Below are positions 28,546 to 37,952 of a stretch of DNA of 64,000 nt, piece after piece; positions within the stretch are counted from its first letter, which is position 1, and the number at the start of each line of letters is the position of its first letter. This DNA is from Verrucomicrobiota bacterium (GTDB taxonomy: Bacteria; Verrucomicrobiota; Verrucomicrobiia; Limisphaerales; CANJSG01): assembly GCA_947476875.1 (NCBI GenBank), contig CANJSG010000002.1, forward strand, positions 1,926-65,925. The letters run 5' to 3'. Both the position numbers and the translations under genes were made by a program. The notes beneath the pieces are model-generated. The model was given only the letters and a program-made list of their open reading frames with translations. It was not told where the DNA came from and searched no databases.

Positions 28546-31323
28546 TCAACTTCCGAGCCGGGCGAGGGAGGTTTTCAGCTTCTTCTCCACCTCGGCCTGT
28601 CGTTCCTTCGTCTCCAGCTTCCGGCCGTCGCGTTCCGTGACGTAGAAGCTGTCGATGGCGGCGCCCTTCTCCGTGCAGATCTTCGCGAGGGTGATGTCCA
28701 GATCGAGGGCGTTGAGGGTCTGGCTGATGAAGTAAAGCAGCCGGATCCGGTCCTCGGTCTCGATGTCGATGATGGTCTTGGTCTCGGAGGTGTGGTTGTC
28801 GAAGCGGATGACCGTCGGCATCTTTTCCAGCGCCTGCTTGCGGAAGGGCGAGCGCGGAAGCTTCTGCTTCATGATGATCTCGTGCAGGTCGACGTCCTCG
28901 CTGTTCAGCGTCTTGGTGATCAGCTCCTCGAAGCGCTCGCGTTCCTCCTTCTTGGCCAGCACCCCAGCCTTGGCGTCGGTCACGAAAAACTCGTCCAGCA
29001 CGATGCCGTCGGTCCGGGAAAAGATCTCCGCGCCCAAGATGTTCAGGCCCGAAGCGGTCAGGGCGCCGCAGATCTTGCTGAAGAGTCCGGCGCGGTCCCA
29101 GGTGCAGATCTGCATCGTGGTGAAGCCGCGGTCCGGTTCGTTCCGCCAGGCGACGACGGGCGACAGGGCCTGGTCCACCTCGTCGAGCTGGTGGTGCATG
29201 AAGCGGTGCACAAGCCCCAGGTGTGACGCGATCTCCTGCGGTGACTGGATGACGTAGTAGTAGCGGGGAAGATTCCGGAAATGCGCCTCCAGCTCGTCCT
29301 CCTGGAACGTGCGCGGAACCAGGGAACGCACCTCGTTCTGGAGCATGTCGCGCTGGCGCGCTTCGGCCCGGATGAAGTCGGTCCCCTCGACGAGCATCTG
29401 GTGGGTCCGGCGATAAAGGGTCCAGAGGAGCGAGTCCTTGAAGCTGCTCCAGAGCTGGTCGCTCGTGCCCATCGAGTCGGCGAAGGTATGAAGCGTGAGC
29501 ATCTCCAGGTTGTCCGCGTTCTGCACCTGGTCGGCGACTTGGCGGATCACGGTCTGGTCCTCGAGATCGCGACGCTGGGAAACCTGCACGAGCAGAAGGT
29601 GCTGCTCGATGATGAGCCGGAGACGGTGTGTGGTTTCGCCGTCGAGGCCGAGCCGACGGCCCACCTTGATGGCGAGTTCGCCGCCGACGAGCTCGTGCTT
29701 GCCCGTGTGGTAGGCCTTGCCTGAATCGTGCAGGAGCAGCGCGAGGTAGAGGATCCAGGGCTTCTCCACGAGGTTCAGGATTTCGGTGTAGTTCTTGTAG
29801 GGCGCGTCCTTCGCCTCCCACACCTGGTCGAGCTTCTGCAGGCACACGAGCGTGTGCTCGTCCGCGGCATACTGGTGGTAGAACTCGTGCTGGACGAGGC
29901 AGGTGAGCTTGCCGAACTCGGGCAGGAATTTTCCGATGAATCCCACCTCGTGCATCATGCGGAGGACGGGCGCGACGTTGCCGCGCTGGTTCAGGATCTC
30001 GAGGAACGTGTCGCGCACGCCCTGGTCGGCAAGAAAGCTGCGTTCCACCAGCGACAGCGAATTCCGGATGAGCTGGACCAGCTCGGGACTCAGCCGCAGG
30101 CCGCGCTGTTGGGCATGGAGAAACGCCCGCATCATCCGGCGGGGCTGGTCGATGAAGATGCGGTTGGATCCCGCGTAGATCTCGCCGTCGAGGAACTTGA
30201 AGCCGTCGACCAACTGCTCCCGCTGCAAACGGCGGCGTTGCTCGAGCAGGCTGCGGAACTTCGGCAGCAGGCCCTTGGCCGGGTTCAGCGCGAGGCGTTG
30301 CTCCAACCCGCGCGTGATGTGGTCGATCGACCGCACCGCGAGGTAGTAGTCGCGCATGAACGCCTCCAGGCGGCGGTTCGGCGAACGGTCCGAATAGCCC
30401 AGCCCGAGCGCCACGGCCGGTTGCAGCTGACGCACCAGCACGTCGCTCGACTTTGCGGCCTGGTAGTGCAGTTCGTTGCGCGTGCGCAGCAGGAAATCGT
30501 AGGCCGCCGACAGCTGCTTGCGCTCGAGCTCGCTGATCATCTCCTTCTTCTCCAGGTCTTCGAGGGACCGTGTCCGGTGCCGGAAGAAGGTCATCCACAC
30601 GAGGTTCTGGTAGTCTCGCAGGCCGCCGCAGCCGTTCTTGATGTTCGGCTCCTGCATGAAGGGGAAGTTGCCGTGCTTGGCCCGCCGCGTGGCCTGGTCT
30701 TCGAGACGCATCTGGCTGTATTCCGCCTCATAGCCCTCCACGCATTTCGCGACCGTCTGCTTCTTGAATTCCTTGAAAAGCTTTTCGTTTCCGAACACCA
30801 GGCGCGACTCGATCAACGACGTCTTCGACTGCATGTCCTTGTTCGCCACTTCGACCGCGTCCGCCACGGAACGCACGCTGTGTCCGACCTTCATGCCGAT
30901 GTCCCAGAGCGTGTAGAGCAGGCCGTCCACCACGGCGGTCATCTCCGGCGCCGGCTGCCCCTTCTTCACGAGCGAGCCGTCGTGGAGGAACATGATGTCG
31001 ATGTCGCTGAACGGATTCAGCTCGGCTCGGCCGTATCCGCCGATGGCCACGAGCGTGAAGCCGGGAACCTTGCGGCTGGGGATCTCGGGGCTCGAAACGA
31101 GGACGCCTTCGAGGATGTGGCGGATCAGCTCGTCGATCAGGGTCGCGCGGGCGTTGCAGACGATGCGCCCGTCTCCACCGGCCCGATGGACGATCTTGAG
31201 GCGCGCCGTCTCCACCTTCAGGAAATTCCTGTAGCGGGGCAGTTCCTGAAACGGCAGTCGACCAGGCGGGAGCATCAGCCTTTCGGCGGCGCTGGCCCTG
31301 ATTTTTTCCAACAACGTCGGCAT
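28546..31323 (-). CDS. glnD: Bifunctional [protein-PII] uridylyltransferase / uridylyl-removing enzyme
   Basis: 925 aa. Nucleotidyltransferase motif GGYGRAELNPFSDIDIMFL, HD domain LLLHDSGK, and two C-terminal ACT-like repeats. Confidence 0.88.
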   Translation of the reverse strand: MPTLLEKIRASAAERLMLPPGRLPFQELPRYRNFLKVETARLKIVHRAGGDGRIVCNARATLIDELIRHILEGVLVSSPEIPSRKVPGFTLVAIGGYGRAELNPFSDIDIMFLHDGSLVKKGQPAPEMTAVVDGLLYTLWDIGMKVGHSVRSVADAVEVANKDMQSKTSLIESRLVFGNEKLFKEFKKQTVAKCVEGYEAEYSQMRLEDQATRRAKHGNFPFMQEPNIKNGCGGLRDYQNLVWMTFFRHRTRSLEDLEKKEMISELERKQLSAAYDFLLRTRNELHYQAAKSSDVLVRQLQPAVALGLGYSDRSPNRRLEAFMRDYYLAVRSIDHITRGLEQRLALNPAKGLLPKFRSLLEQRRRLQREQLVDGFKFLDGEIYAGSNRIFIDQPRRMMRAFLHAQQRGLRLSPELVQLIRNSLSLVERSFLADQGVRDTFLEILNQRGNVAPVLRMMHEVGFIGKFLPEFGKLTCLVQHEFYHQYAADEHTLVCLQKLDQVWEAKDAPYKNYTEILNLVEKPWILYLALLLHDSGKAYHTGKHELVGGELAIKVGRRLGLDGETTHRLRLIIEQHLLLVQVSQRRDLEDQTVIRQVADQVQNADNLEMLTLHTFADSMGTSDQLWSSFKDSLLWTLYRRTHQMLVEGTDFIRAEARQRDMLQNEVRSLVPRTFQEDELEAHFRNLPRYYYVIQSPQEIASHLGLVHRFMHHQLDEVDQALSPVVAWRNEPDRGFTTMQICTWDRAGLFSKICGALTASGLNILGAEIFSRTDGIVLDEFFVTDAKAGVLAKKEERERFEELITKTLNSEDVDLHEIIMKQKLPRSPFRKQALEKMPTVIRFDNHTSETKTIIDIETEDRIRLLYFISQTLNALDLDITLAKICTEKGAAIDSFYVTERDGRKLETKERQAEVEKKLKTSLARLGS

Positions 31324-31383
31324 CCGGGGGCGGACGCTAGTCGAGCGGCTTGGTGCGCGGCAATGATTGGCTGCCGGAAGTCG

Positions 31384-33198
31384 TCAGGCGTTGAACTGCA
31401 GGTCGTGCAGGCGGCGGTAGGTGCCGTTCAGCGCGAGGAGCTCGGAATGCCTGCCGGATTCCACGATCCGCCCTTCGTCCATCACGACGATCAGGTCGGC
31501 GTTCACGATGGTCGACAGGCGGTGGGCGATGCAGAGCGTCGTCCGGCCGCGCATCAACACCTCGAGCGCCGCCTGCACGGCGCGTTCGGACTCCGTATCG
31601 AGCGCGCTGGTGGCCTCGTCGAGGATGAGGATCGGCGCGTTCCGCAGGATAGCCCGGGCGATGGCGACGCGTTGGCGTTGGCCGCCGGAAAGCTGGGATC
31701 CACGCTCACCGACCGGCGTGTCGTAGCCCTGCGGCTTCTCCATGATGAAGTCGTGGGCGAAGGCCGCCCTGGCCGCGGCTTCGATGTCCTCCCGAGTCGC
31801 ACCCGGCCGGCCCAGGGCGATGTTGCCGGAGATCGTGTCGTTGAAGAGCACGATGTCCTGGCTCACCACCGCGATCTGTTCCCGCAGCGACTTCGTGGAA
31901 ACGTCCCGCAGATCGACTCCACCGATGGTGATCGCACCCTGCTGCGGATCGTAGAAACGCAGCAGCAGGCTGCTGACGGTGGTCTTGCCGGAACCGCTCT
32001 TGCCGACGAGCGCGATCTTCTGGCCCGGCCGGATCGTCAGGTCGAAGTCGATCAACGCGGGCTTCGACGGATAGCTGAACGAGAGCTTTTCGAAACGGAT
32101 CTCGGCCCCGGCCGCCTTGAGCGCCTTGGGCGACGCGGGCTCCGGCAGATCCTCGCCCAGCGCCATCAGTTCGAAGACACGTTCACTGGAGGCGCGGGCT
32201 TGTTCCAACTGGCCGGGAAGGCGGCTGAGTTCCTTGATCGGCTTGTAAAGTGCAACGATCGCGAGGACGAATTGCATGAAATCCCCCGGCGTCTTCTTGT
32301 CCACCAGCGCGACGTAGATGAGCACCAAGGCCACGCCGACCGCGCCCATGACCTCGACCAGCGATCCAGGCACTTCCAGCGACCGCACGATGCGCATGTA
32401 GTGGCTGATGAACCGACCCGTCGACGCCTTGAAGCGCGCCAGCATCGTCTCCTCCAAATTGTAGGCCTTGACCATGCGATGGCCGGAGAACGTCTCCTGC
32501 ATCAACTCGGTCAACTCGGCGAAGTTCTCCTGCAACTTCTTGGTCGATTTGCGGACCTTGCGTCCGTAGATCGCGACGGGCGCGACGCACAAGGGCAGCA
32601 CGACGAGCGAAATGAGCGTGAGCTTCGGCTGCTTGGCCAACAATACGGCGACCAGGGCGATGACCGTGGCCGGCCCCACGACGATGACCGGCAGGATTCC
32701 CGTGATGGCCTTGGTCAACGAATAGGTGTCGTTGCTGATGCGCGAGATGAGTTCGCCCGTGTTCGTCGAATGGTAGAAGCCGACCGACAGGCGTTGCAGC
32801 TTGTCGAATAGCCGGACGCGGATGTCGCAAACGGAGCGGATCGCCACCCACTGGAGCAGGTAGAAGTTCAGGTAGGCCGAAACCACCTGGAAGAACATCA
32901 ACACTGGAATCACCAGGATCATCAGCACCACGCCGGCGGAACTGGATGGCGATGGAACCGACTTGATCAGCGAGAGCGCCCACTCGGCGGCGCTCCGGAG
33001 AAACTCCGGCATCGCGGACGCCGCCGCCAAGGCGTTCGTCTGCTCGCCGGCCGCGAAGACCACGTCCATCACCTCCTTGACCCAGATCATCAACGCCGCC
33101 GAAGCCAGCGCCACGCAGAGCCCGAAGAACAACCCGAGAATCAGCCGTCCGCGGTAGGGCCGCGTGAACGACAGGAGAGTTTTGAGGAAAGCGACCAT
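31384..33198 (-). CDS. ABC exporter, fused permease-ATPase (MsbA-like), copy 1
   Basis: Start at ATG 33198 (MVAFLKTLLSFTRPYRGRL). Six-TM N-terminal half, Walker A GKSGSGKTT, signature LSGGQRQR, Walker B ILILDEATSALD. Confidence 0.88.
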   Translation of the reverse strand: MVAFLKTLLSFTRPYRGRLILGLFFGLCVALASAALMIWVKEVMDVVFAAGEQTNALAAASAMPEFLRSAAEWALSLIKSVPSPSSSAGVVLMILVIPVLMFFQVVSAYLNFYLLQWVAIRSVCDIRVRLFDKLQRLSVGFYHSTNTGELISRISNDTYSLTKAITGILPVIVVGPATVIALVAVLLAKQPKLTLISLVVLPLCVAPVAIYGRKVRKSTKKLQENFAELTELMQETFSGHRMVKAYNLEETMLARFKASTGRFISHYMRIVRSLEVPGSLVEVMGAVGVALVLIYVALVDKKTPGDFMQFVLAIVALYKPIKELSRLPGQLEQARASSERVFELMALGEDLPEPASPKALKAAGAEIRFEKLSFSYPSKPALIDFDLTIRPGQKIALVGKSGSGKTTVSSLLLRFYDPQQGAITIGGVDLRDVSTKSLREQIAVVSQDIVLFNDTISGNIALGRPGATREDIEAAARAAFAHDFIMEKPQGYDTPVGERGSQLSGGQRQRVAIARAILRNAPILILDEATSALDTESERAVQAALEVLMRGRTTLCIAHRLSTIVNADLIVVMDEGRIVESGRHSELLALNGTYRRLHDLQFNA

Positions 33199-33328
33199 AC
33201 TGCGATGAAACCGTGCGCCAGACCCTTCCACCCCGGCCAGCAATTTCGCGCTTCGGCCTCTGGCCTCCTGAATTCGACATTCGTCCGGCGTCTTGCCTTC
33301 CGCTCAACCCCTGCGCGACGCTCGTTCC

Positions 33329-34144
33329 ATGCGCTTCGCCATCTGCAACGAGATCTACCAGGGCTGGTCGTTGGAAGACGCCTTCGCCCACATCGGCCGC
33401 ACCGGCTACGACGCCGTCGAGATCGCGCCCTTTACCGTGGCCAAGCACGTCACCGACCTCTCCGCCGCGCGCCGTCAGGAGATCCGCGACCTCGCCCAAC
33501 GCAGCGGCATCGCCATCTCCGGCCTGCACTGGGTGCTCGTGCAGACCGAGGGCCTGTATCTCAACCACACCGACGAATCCACCCGCCGCCGCACGGCCAA
33601 CTACTTCGTCGAACTCGTCCGCTGCTGTGCCGATCTCGGCGGCGACCGCATCATCGTCGGTTCGCCCAAACAGCGGAACATCCTCCCCGGCGTCAGCGAA
33701 CAGCAGGCGTGGGATTGGGCCACCGACAGCTTCCGTGACGCAGTCAAGGAAGCCGAACAACGCGGCGTGGTCCTCTGCTTCGAGCCGCTTTCCCCCGTGG
33801 AGACGAACTTCGTCAACACCGCCGCCGAAGGCATCCGTTTCGCCCGCCAGTTCAACAGCCCCGCCATGAGTGTCATCATCGACGTAAAGGCCATGTGCTC
33901 CGAGGCCAAGCCCATCCCGCAGATCATCCGCGATTCCGCCGGCCAGTTCGCCTACTTCCATGCCAACGACCGCAACCTCAAGGGCCCCGGCTTCGGCGAC
34001 GTCGACTACGCGCCCATCGTTGCCGCCCTGCGCGACGCGCGCTACGACGGCACCGTGTCCGTCGAGGTCTTCAAGTTCGAGGAAGGCGCCGACGCCATCG
34101 CCACGAAGAGCCTGGAGTATCTGAAACGCGTCTTCGCCGCCTGA
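33329..34144 (+). CDS. Sugar phosphate isomerase/epimerase (xylose isomerase-like TIM barrel)
   Basis: Start at ATG 33329 (MRFAICNEIY...). The pattern YDAVEIAPF ... FEPL ... FHANDRN is typical of the AP_endonuc_2/TIM family. Confidence 0.78.
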   Translation: MRFAICNEIYQGWSLEDAFAHIGRTGYDAVEIAPFTVAKHVTDLSAARRQEIRDLAQRSGIAISGLHWVLVQTEGLYLNHTDESTRRRTANYFVELVRCCADLGGDRIIVGSPKQRNILPGVSEQQAWDWATDSFRDAVKEAEQRGVVLCFEPLSPVETNFVNTAAEGIRFARQFNSPAMSVIIDVKAMCSEAKPIPQIIRDSAGQFAYFHANDRNLKGPGFGDVDYAPIVAALRDARYDGTVSVEVFKFEEGADAIATKSLEYLKRVFAA

Positions 34145-34154
34145 AGCCGTCGCC

Positions 34155-34637
34155 ATGGCCGATGTCCTGAGCAAGGCCGCGCGCTCCGAACTCATGTCGC
34201 GCATCCGTTCGCGCGGCAACGAACGCACCGAACTCACCCTCGCCCGCCTGCTCCGCCGCGAAGGCGTCACCGGCTGGCGTCGCCACGTCTCGCTGAAGCT
34301 GGAAACCAAGAAGCCGCCAAAGCATCAGGCCACTTCCCGCCGCCGCACCGCCGTCCGGCCCGACTTTGTTTTCAGAAAAGAACGCGTCGTCCTCTTCGTC
34401 GACGGCTGCTTCTGGCACGGCTGCCCGATCCACGGCACGCGACCCAAGGACAACCGCGCCTTCTGGCGGAAGAAGATCACCGCCAACCAAACCCGCGACC
34501 GCCGCGTCCACCGCGGCCTGCGCCAAGCCGGCTGGAAAGTCCTACGAATCTGGGAACACAGCCTCCATCCGAAAGGCCTGCCGGCTGTCATTCGCCGAAT
34601 CGACCGCGCGCTCCCGGCGAAGCCAAACCAAAGGTAG
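34155..34637 (+). CDS. vsr: Very-short-patch repair endonuclease
   Basis: 160 aa. MADVLSKAARSELMSRIRSRGN, RPDFVF, FVDGCFWHGCP and WKVLRIWEH align with E. coli Vsr. It has an insertion of about 17 aa (LKLETKKPPKHQATSRRRTAV) before RPDF. Confidence 0.85.
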   Translation: MADVLSKAARSELMSRIRSRGNERTELTLARLLRREGVTGWRRHVSLKLETKKPPKHQATSRRRTAVRPDFVFRKERVVLFVDGCFWHGCPIHGTRPKDNRAFWRKKITANQTRDRRVHRGLRQAGWKVLRIWEHSLHPKGLPAVIRRIDRALPAKPNQR

Positions 34638-34807
34638 GGCGATGCCCGTGTGGCAACACCTCCCGCCGAGCCGCCCTAAAGTTCTCTGGGACATCTCCGG
34701 CCACGGCGGCAATGCCATTCGGCCTCCGATCACTTCGAGCTTCCCGCGAGAATTCTTCTCGGGAGTTGAAGGCCCCAAGGCGGCTCGGCCGGAGCCGTCG
34801 CCCTACC
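34633..34807. repeat. Inverted repeat GGTAGGGCGA / TCGCCCTACC bracketing 155 nt, with an internal third copy CGCCCTA
   Basis: Left arm at 34633-34642, overlapping the vsr TAG stop. Internal CGCCCTA at 34672-34678. Right arm at 34798-34807. It shares the 11-mer AAGGTAGGGCG with 50773-50783. Confidence 0.6.
34744..34763. terminator. Hairpin CC(g)CGAGAA-ttc-TTCTCGGG between convergent vsr and nagA
   Basis: 6-bp perfect stem plus 2 more pairs across a 1-nt bulge, with a TTC loop. It lies in the middle of a 229-nt convergent intergenic region. Confidence 0.35.
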
Positions 34808-34866
34808 TGCCTTCGCGTCCCTTGGCGTCCTTCGCGGATCTAATCGCTTCCTTCTCTCGCCACACC

Positions 34867-36027
34867 TTATCGCAAAAGCCGCAGCTCTCCATCCAGCCAA
34901 GCTCCCTGCACCTGGAAACGATCATTGAACCACACGAGGTCCGCACGTTTGCCCGCTTCGATGGAACCGAATTCAGCGGCGCGGCCGAGTTGGCGGGCCG
35001 GATTGAGCGAGGCCATCCGCACCGCGTCCACCAAAGGCAGGCCGGCGAGTTCCACGGAACGACGGACGGCTTCGATCATGGTCAACGTGCTACCGGCGAG
35101 GCCGGTGTTGTTCTCCAGCACCGCCGTCTCAGGCGTGACCTGCGCCTTGATGGCTCCGAGCTGGAACTTGGTTCCCGGCTTGAGTCCAGCACCGGCCGTC
35201 GCGTCGGTGATGAGGCAGACGCCGTCGCGGCCCTTCGCGTTGAAGAGCATCCGCATCATCGTCGCCGGCACATGCACGCCGTCGCCGATCAGCTCGCAGA
35301 TGATCTCCGGATTCGCTAGGGCGAATTCGATCATGCCCGCACTGCGATACGGCCCTTTGCGCACGACGGTGCTCATGGCGTTGAAGGTGTGCGTGGCTTG
35401 GTTCAAGCCGGCCTTGAGCGCGAGAACGAGCGCCGGTTCCAACGCGTCGGTGTGGCCGCCGCTGGCGATGATGCCGCGTTTACGGAGCGCGCGGATCAGT
35501 TCCAACGCGCCGGGTTCCTCGGGCGCGAGAGTGAACTGGGTGACGAGGTTTCCGTAGGCCAGGTAGCGGCTCCATTCGCGCCGCGTCGGCGGGCGGATGA
35601 ACGCCGGGTCCTGCGCGCCGGCCCGGGCTTTGGAGATGAAGGGGCCTTCCACATGCACGCCCACGATGCGCGCGCCGCCGAGAGACTGGTTGTGGAACGG
35701 CTTGACCGCATCGAGCACGCGGAGGATGTCGGGCTCGGGCGCGGTCAGCGTGGTCAGCGTCAGCGAGGTGGTGCCGCCGCCGAGATGGAATGCCGTGATC
35801 TCGCGGAACGCCTCCTCAGTGGCCTCCATCATGTCGCGACGCACGGCGCCGTGGATGTGCAGGTCGACGAAGCCGGGCGAAAGGAACCCGCCCTTGAGAT
35901 CGATGTCGCCGCGTTGCTTCCCCTTCGTGGGTTTGGTGGAGACGCCGGTGATCTTGCCGTCCTGAACTTCGACGGTTCCGCGGAGGATCGCGTCGGGCAG
36001 GATGAGGCGGGCATTGGTGAAGCGCAT
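34867..36027 (-). CDS. nagA: N-acetylglucosamine-6-phosphate deacetylase
   Basis: 386 aa. GFVDLHIHGA metal motif, GVHVEGPFIS, and the HTFNAM region. Confidence 0.87.
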   Translation of the reverse strand: MRFTNARLILPDAILRGTVEVQDGKITGVSTKPTKGKQRGDIDLKGGFLSPGFVDLHIHGAVRRDMMEATEEAFREITAFHLGGGTTSLTLTTLTAPEPDILRVLDAVKPFHNQSLGGARIVGVHVEGPFISKARAGAQDPAFIRPPTRREWSRYLAYGNLVTQFTLAPEEPGALELIRALRKRGIIASGGHTDALEPALVLALKAGLNQATHTFNAMSTVVRKGPYRSAGMIEFALANPEIICELIGDGVHVPATMMRMLFNAKGRDGVCLITDATAGAGLKPGTKFQLGAIKAQVTPETAVLENNTGLAGSTLTMIEAVRRSVELAGLPLVDAVRMASLNPARQLGRAAEFGSIEAGKRADLVWFNDRFQVQGAWLDGELRLLR

Positions 36028-36065
36028 GGGCGAAGCATCCCCGAACCATCGCCGCCGCCAAGCTT

Positions 36066-37886
36066 TCAGCTTGCGACGGGTTGCTGGAAGGACAGGTCGT
36101 GCAGGCGGCGATAGACCCCGTTGAGCGCGAGCAGCTCGGCGTGGCGGCCAGTCTCGACGATGCGGCCTTGGTCCATGACGACGATCAAGTCTGCGTGTTG
36201 GATGGTGGAAAGCCGGTGGGCAATGACCAGCGTGGTGCGGCCCTGCATCATCGTGTCGAACGCGGCCTGGACGGCGCGTTCGGATTCGTTGTCGAGGGCG
36301 CTGGTGGCCTCGTCGAGCACGAGGATCGGCGCGTCGCGCAGGATGGCGCGGGCGATGGCGATGCGCTGCCGCTGGCCGCCGGAGAGCGTCACACCCTTCT
36401 CGCCGACGATGGTCTCATAGCCTTCGGGCTTCTCGATGATGAACTCGTGGGCGTGGGCCAGCTTGGCGGCCTGCTCGATTTCCGCCGCCGTCGCGCCGGG
36501 CCGGCCATAGGCGATGTTCTGCCGGATGGTCTCGTTGAAGAGGACGACTTCCTGCGTGACGATGGCGATCTGGGAGCGGAGATCCTTCTGTCGCGTTTCC
36601 CGAAGATCCGTTCCTCCGATGCGGACGCCTCCCGTGGCCGGGTCGATGAAACGCAGGAGGAGGTTGGTGACGGTGGTCTTGCCGGAACCGCTCTGGCCCA
36701 CGAGCGCGACAACCTGTCCGGCGCGGATGGTCAGATTGAAATCCACCAGCGCCGTCTTCTCCCCATAGCTGAAGCCGACGTGGTCGAACACGATGTCGGC
36801 CCCGGCGGCCTTCAACGGCTTGGGGGACACGGGATCGGCCACCGTGGGTTTCAGCGCGAGCATCTCGAACACGCGGTCGCTGGCGGTGCGGGCGCGTTGG
36901 AGTTCCGCGTGCATGCGCGAGAGCTGCTTGATCGGCTGGTAGAGGAAGAAGAGTGAACCGACGAAGGAGATGAAGTCGCCGGACTTCATCGGCGCCTTCG
37001 TTTCTCGCGAGATCATCAAGAGGATGATGGACACGCCGACCGCTCCGAAGAACTCGATCAACGGGCCCGGCAGGTCCATGCCGCGAATTGTGCGCATCCA
37101 GTAGCCGAAGTAGCGGCTGGTGGCGCGGCGGAACTGTTCCCCGACGGTGGCTTCGAGGTTGTAGGCCTTGACCACGCGGCTGGCGGTGAAGGCTTCCTGC
37201 ATGACGTTGCCAAGCTTGGCCGTCTCCGTATGAACACCCTCGCTGCTCTTGCGGACTTTCCGGCTGAAGATGGTGATGGGGATGATGCAGAGTGGAAGCA
37301 CGGTCAGTGAAATCAACGTCAGCTGGGGCTGCTGGCTGATGAGGTAGGTCGCCAGGGCGATGATCTCGATGGGCTTCGTGATGATGACGCTGATGGAGCC
37401 GCTCAGGGCCGCGTGGATCTGGTAGGTGTCGTTGTAGATGCGGGAGACAAGTTCGCCCGTGCTCGTGCGGGTGAAGAAATCCTGGGAAAGGGTGTGGAAA
37501 TGGTTGAACAGCCGGACGCGCAGGTCGTTGATCGCGCGCATGGCCGCCCAGTTGAGGAAGTAGCTGTTCAGGTAGGTCGCGATGCCCCGCACCAGCATGA
37601 CGAGTGGGATCGCGGCGATGGCCACGACAACCATGCCTCCGCCGGAGCCGCCAGACTCGGGCAGCCATTCCTCAGCTCGTCGGGCTAGATCCTGGAGAAA
37701 GGGATTCTTGATCTCGTCGGCCAGCGAGGCTCCTTCACCGGGGAAGATCAGGTTGAAGGCCAGCTTCACCGCGACCATCAGCAACGGGCTCATCAGCCCG
37801 GCCACGACGCCGAACAGGATGCCCAGGATGAGGCGCTGCCGGTAGGGGCGGACGAGCTGCAGAAGTCTGGAGAACAGTTCCTTCAT
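36066..37886 (-). CDS. ABC exporter, fused permease-ATPase (MsbA-like), copy 2
   Basis: 606 aa. Walker A GQSGSGKTT, LSGGQRQR, ILVLDEATSALD. The C-terminus LLALNGVYRRLHDL is nearly identical to copy 1 (LLALNGTYRRLHDL). Confidence 0.88.
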   Translation of the reverse strand: MKELFSRLLQLVRPYRQRLILGILFGVVAGLMSPLLMVAVKLAFNLIFPGEGASLADEIKNPFLQDLARRAEEWLPESGGSGGGMVVVAIAAIPLVMLVRGIATYLNSYFLNWAAMRAINDLRVRLFNHFHTLSQDFFTRTSTGELVSRIYNDTYQIHAALSGSISVIITKPIEIIALATYLISQQPQLTLISLTVLPLCIIPITIFSRKVRKSSEGVHTETAKLGNVMQEAFTASRVVKAYNLEATVGEQFRRATSRYFGYWMRTIRGMDLPGPLIEFFGAVGVSIILLMISRETKAPMKSGDFISFVGSLFFLYQPIKQLSRMHAELQRARTASDRVFEMLALKPTVADPVSPKPLKAAGADIVFDHVGFSYGEKTALVDFNLTIRAGQVVALVGQSGSGKTTVTNLLLRFIDPATGGVRIGGTDLRETRQKDLRSQIAIVTQEVVLFNETIRQNIAYGRPGATAAEIEQAAKLAHAHEFIIEKPEGYETIVGEKGVTLSGGQRQRIAIARAILRDAPILVLDEATSALDNESERAVQAAFDTMMQGRTTLVIAHRLSTIQHADLIVVMDQGRIVETGRHAELLALNGVYRRLHDLSFQQPVAS

Positions 37887-37952
37887 CTGATTGGGAACTA
37901 TGGTCCTGCGTCGTTGCGGGAGGCGAGGATTAGCTGTGGAACGCCGGCGGCG

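Noticed and set aside
28296-28640. 114-aa plus-strand ORF in the glnD-UDG gap
   Set aside because: Pro/Ser/Arg-rich, it runs antisense into the glnD 3' end, and it has no motif.
29728-32811. 1027-aa plus-strand ORF, the longest in the track
   Set aside because: It lies antisense to glnD and the first MsbA-like gene. Its translation is Arg/Asp/Glu/His/Leu-rich low-complexity sequence with no motif, whereas the opposite strand gives clear GlnD and ABC motifs. This is a classic high-GC shadow ORF.
32183-34309. 708-aa minus-strand ORF
   Set aside because: It runs out of frame through the MsbA-like gene, then antisense through the TIM-barrel isomerase and into vsr. Low-complexity composition.
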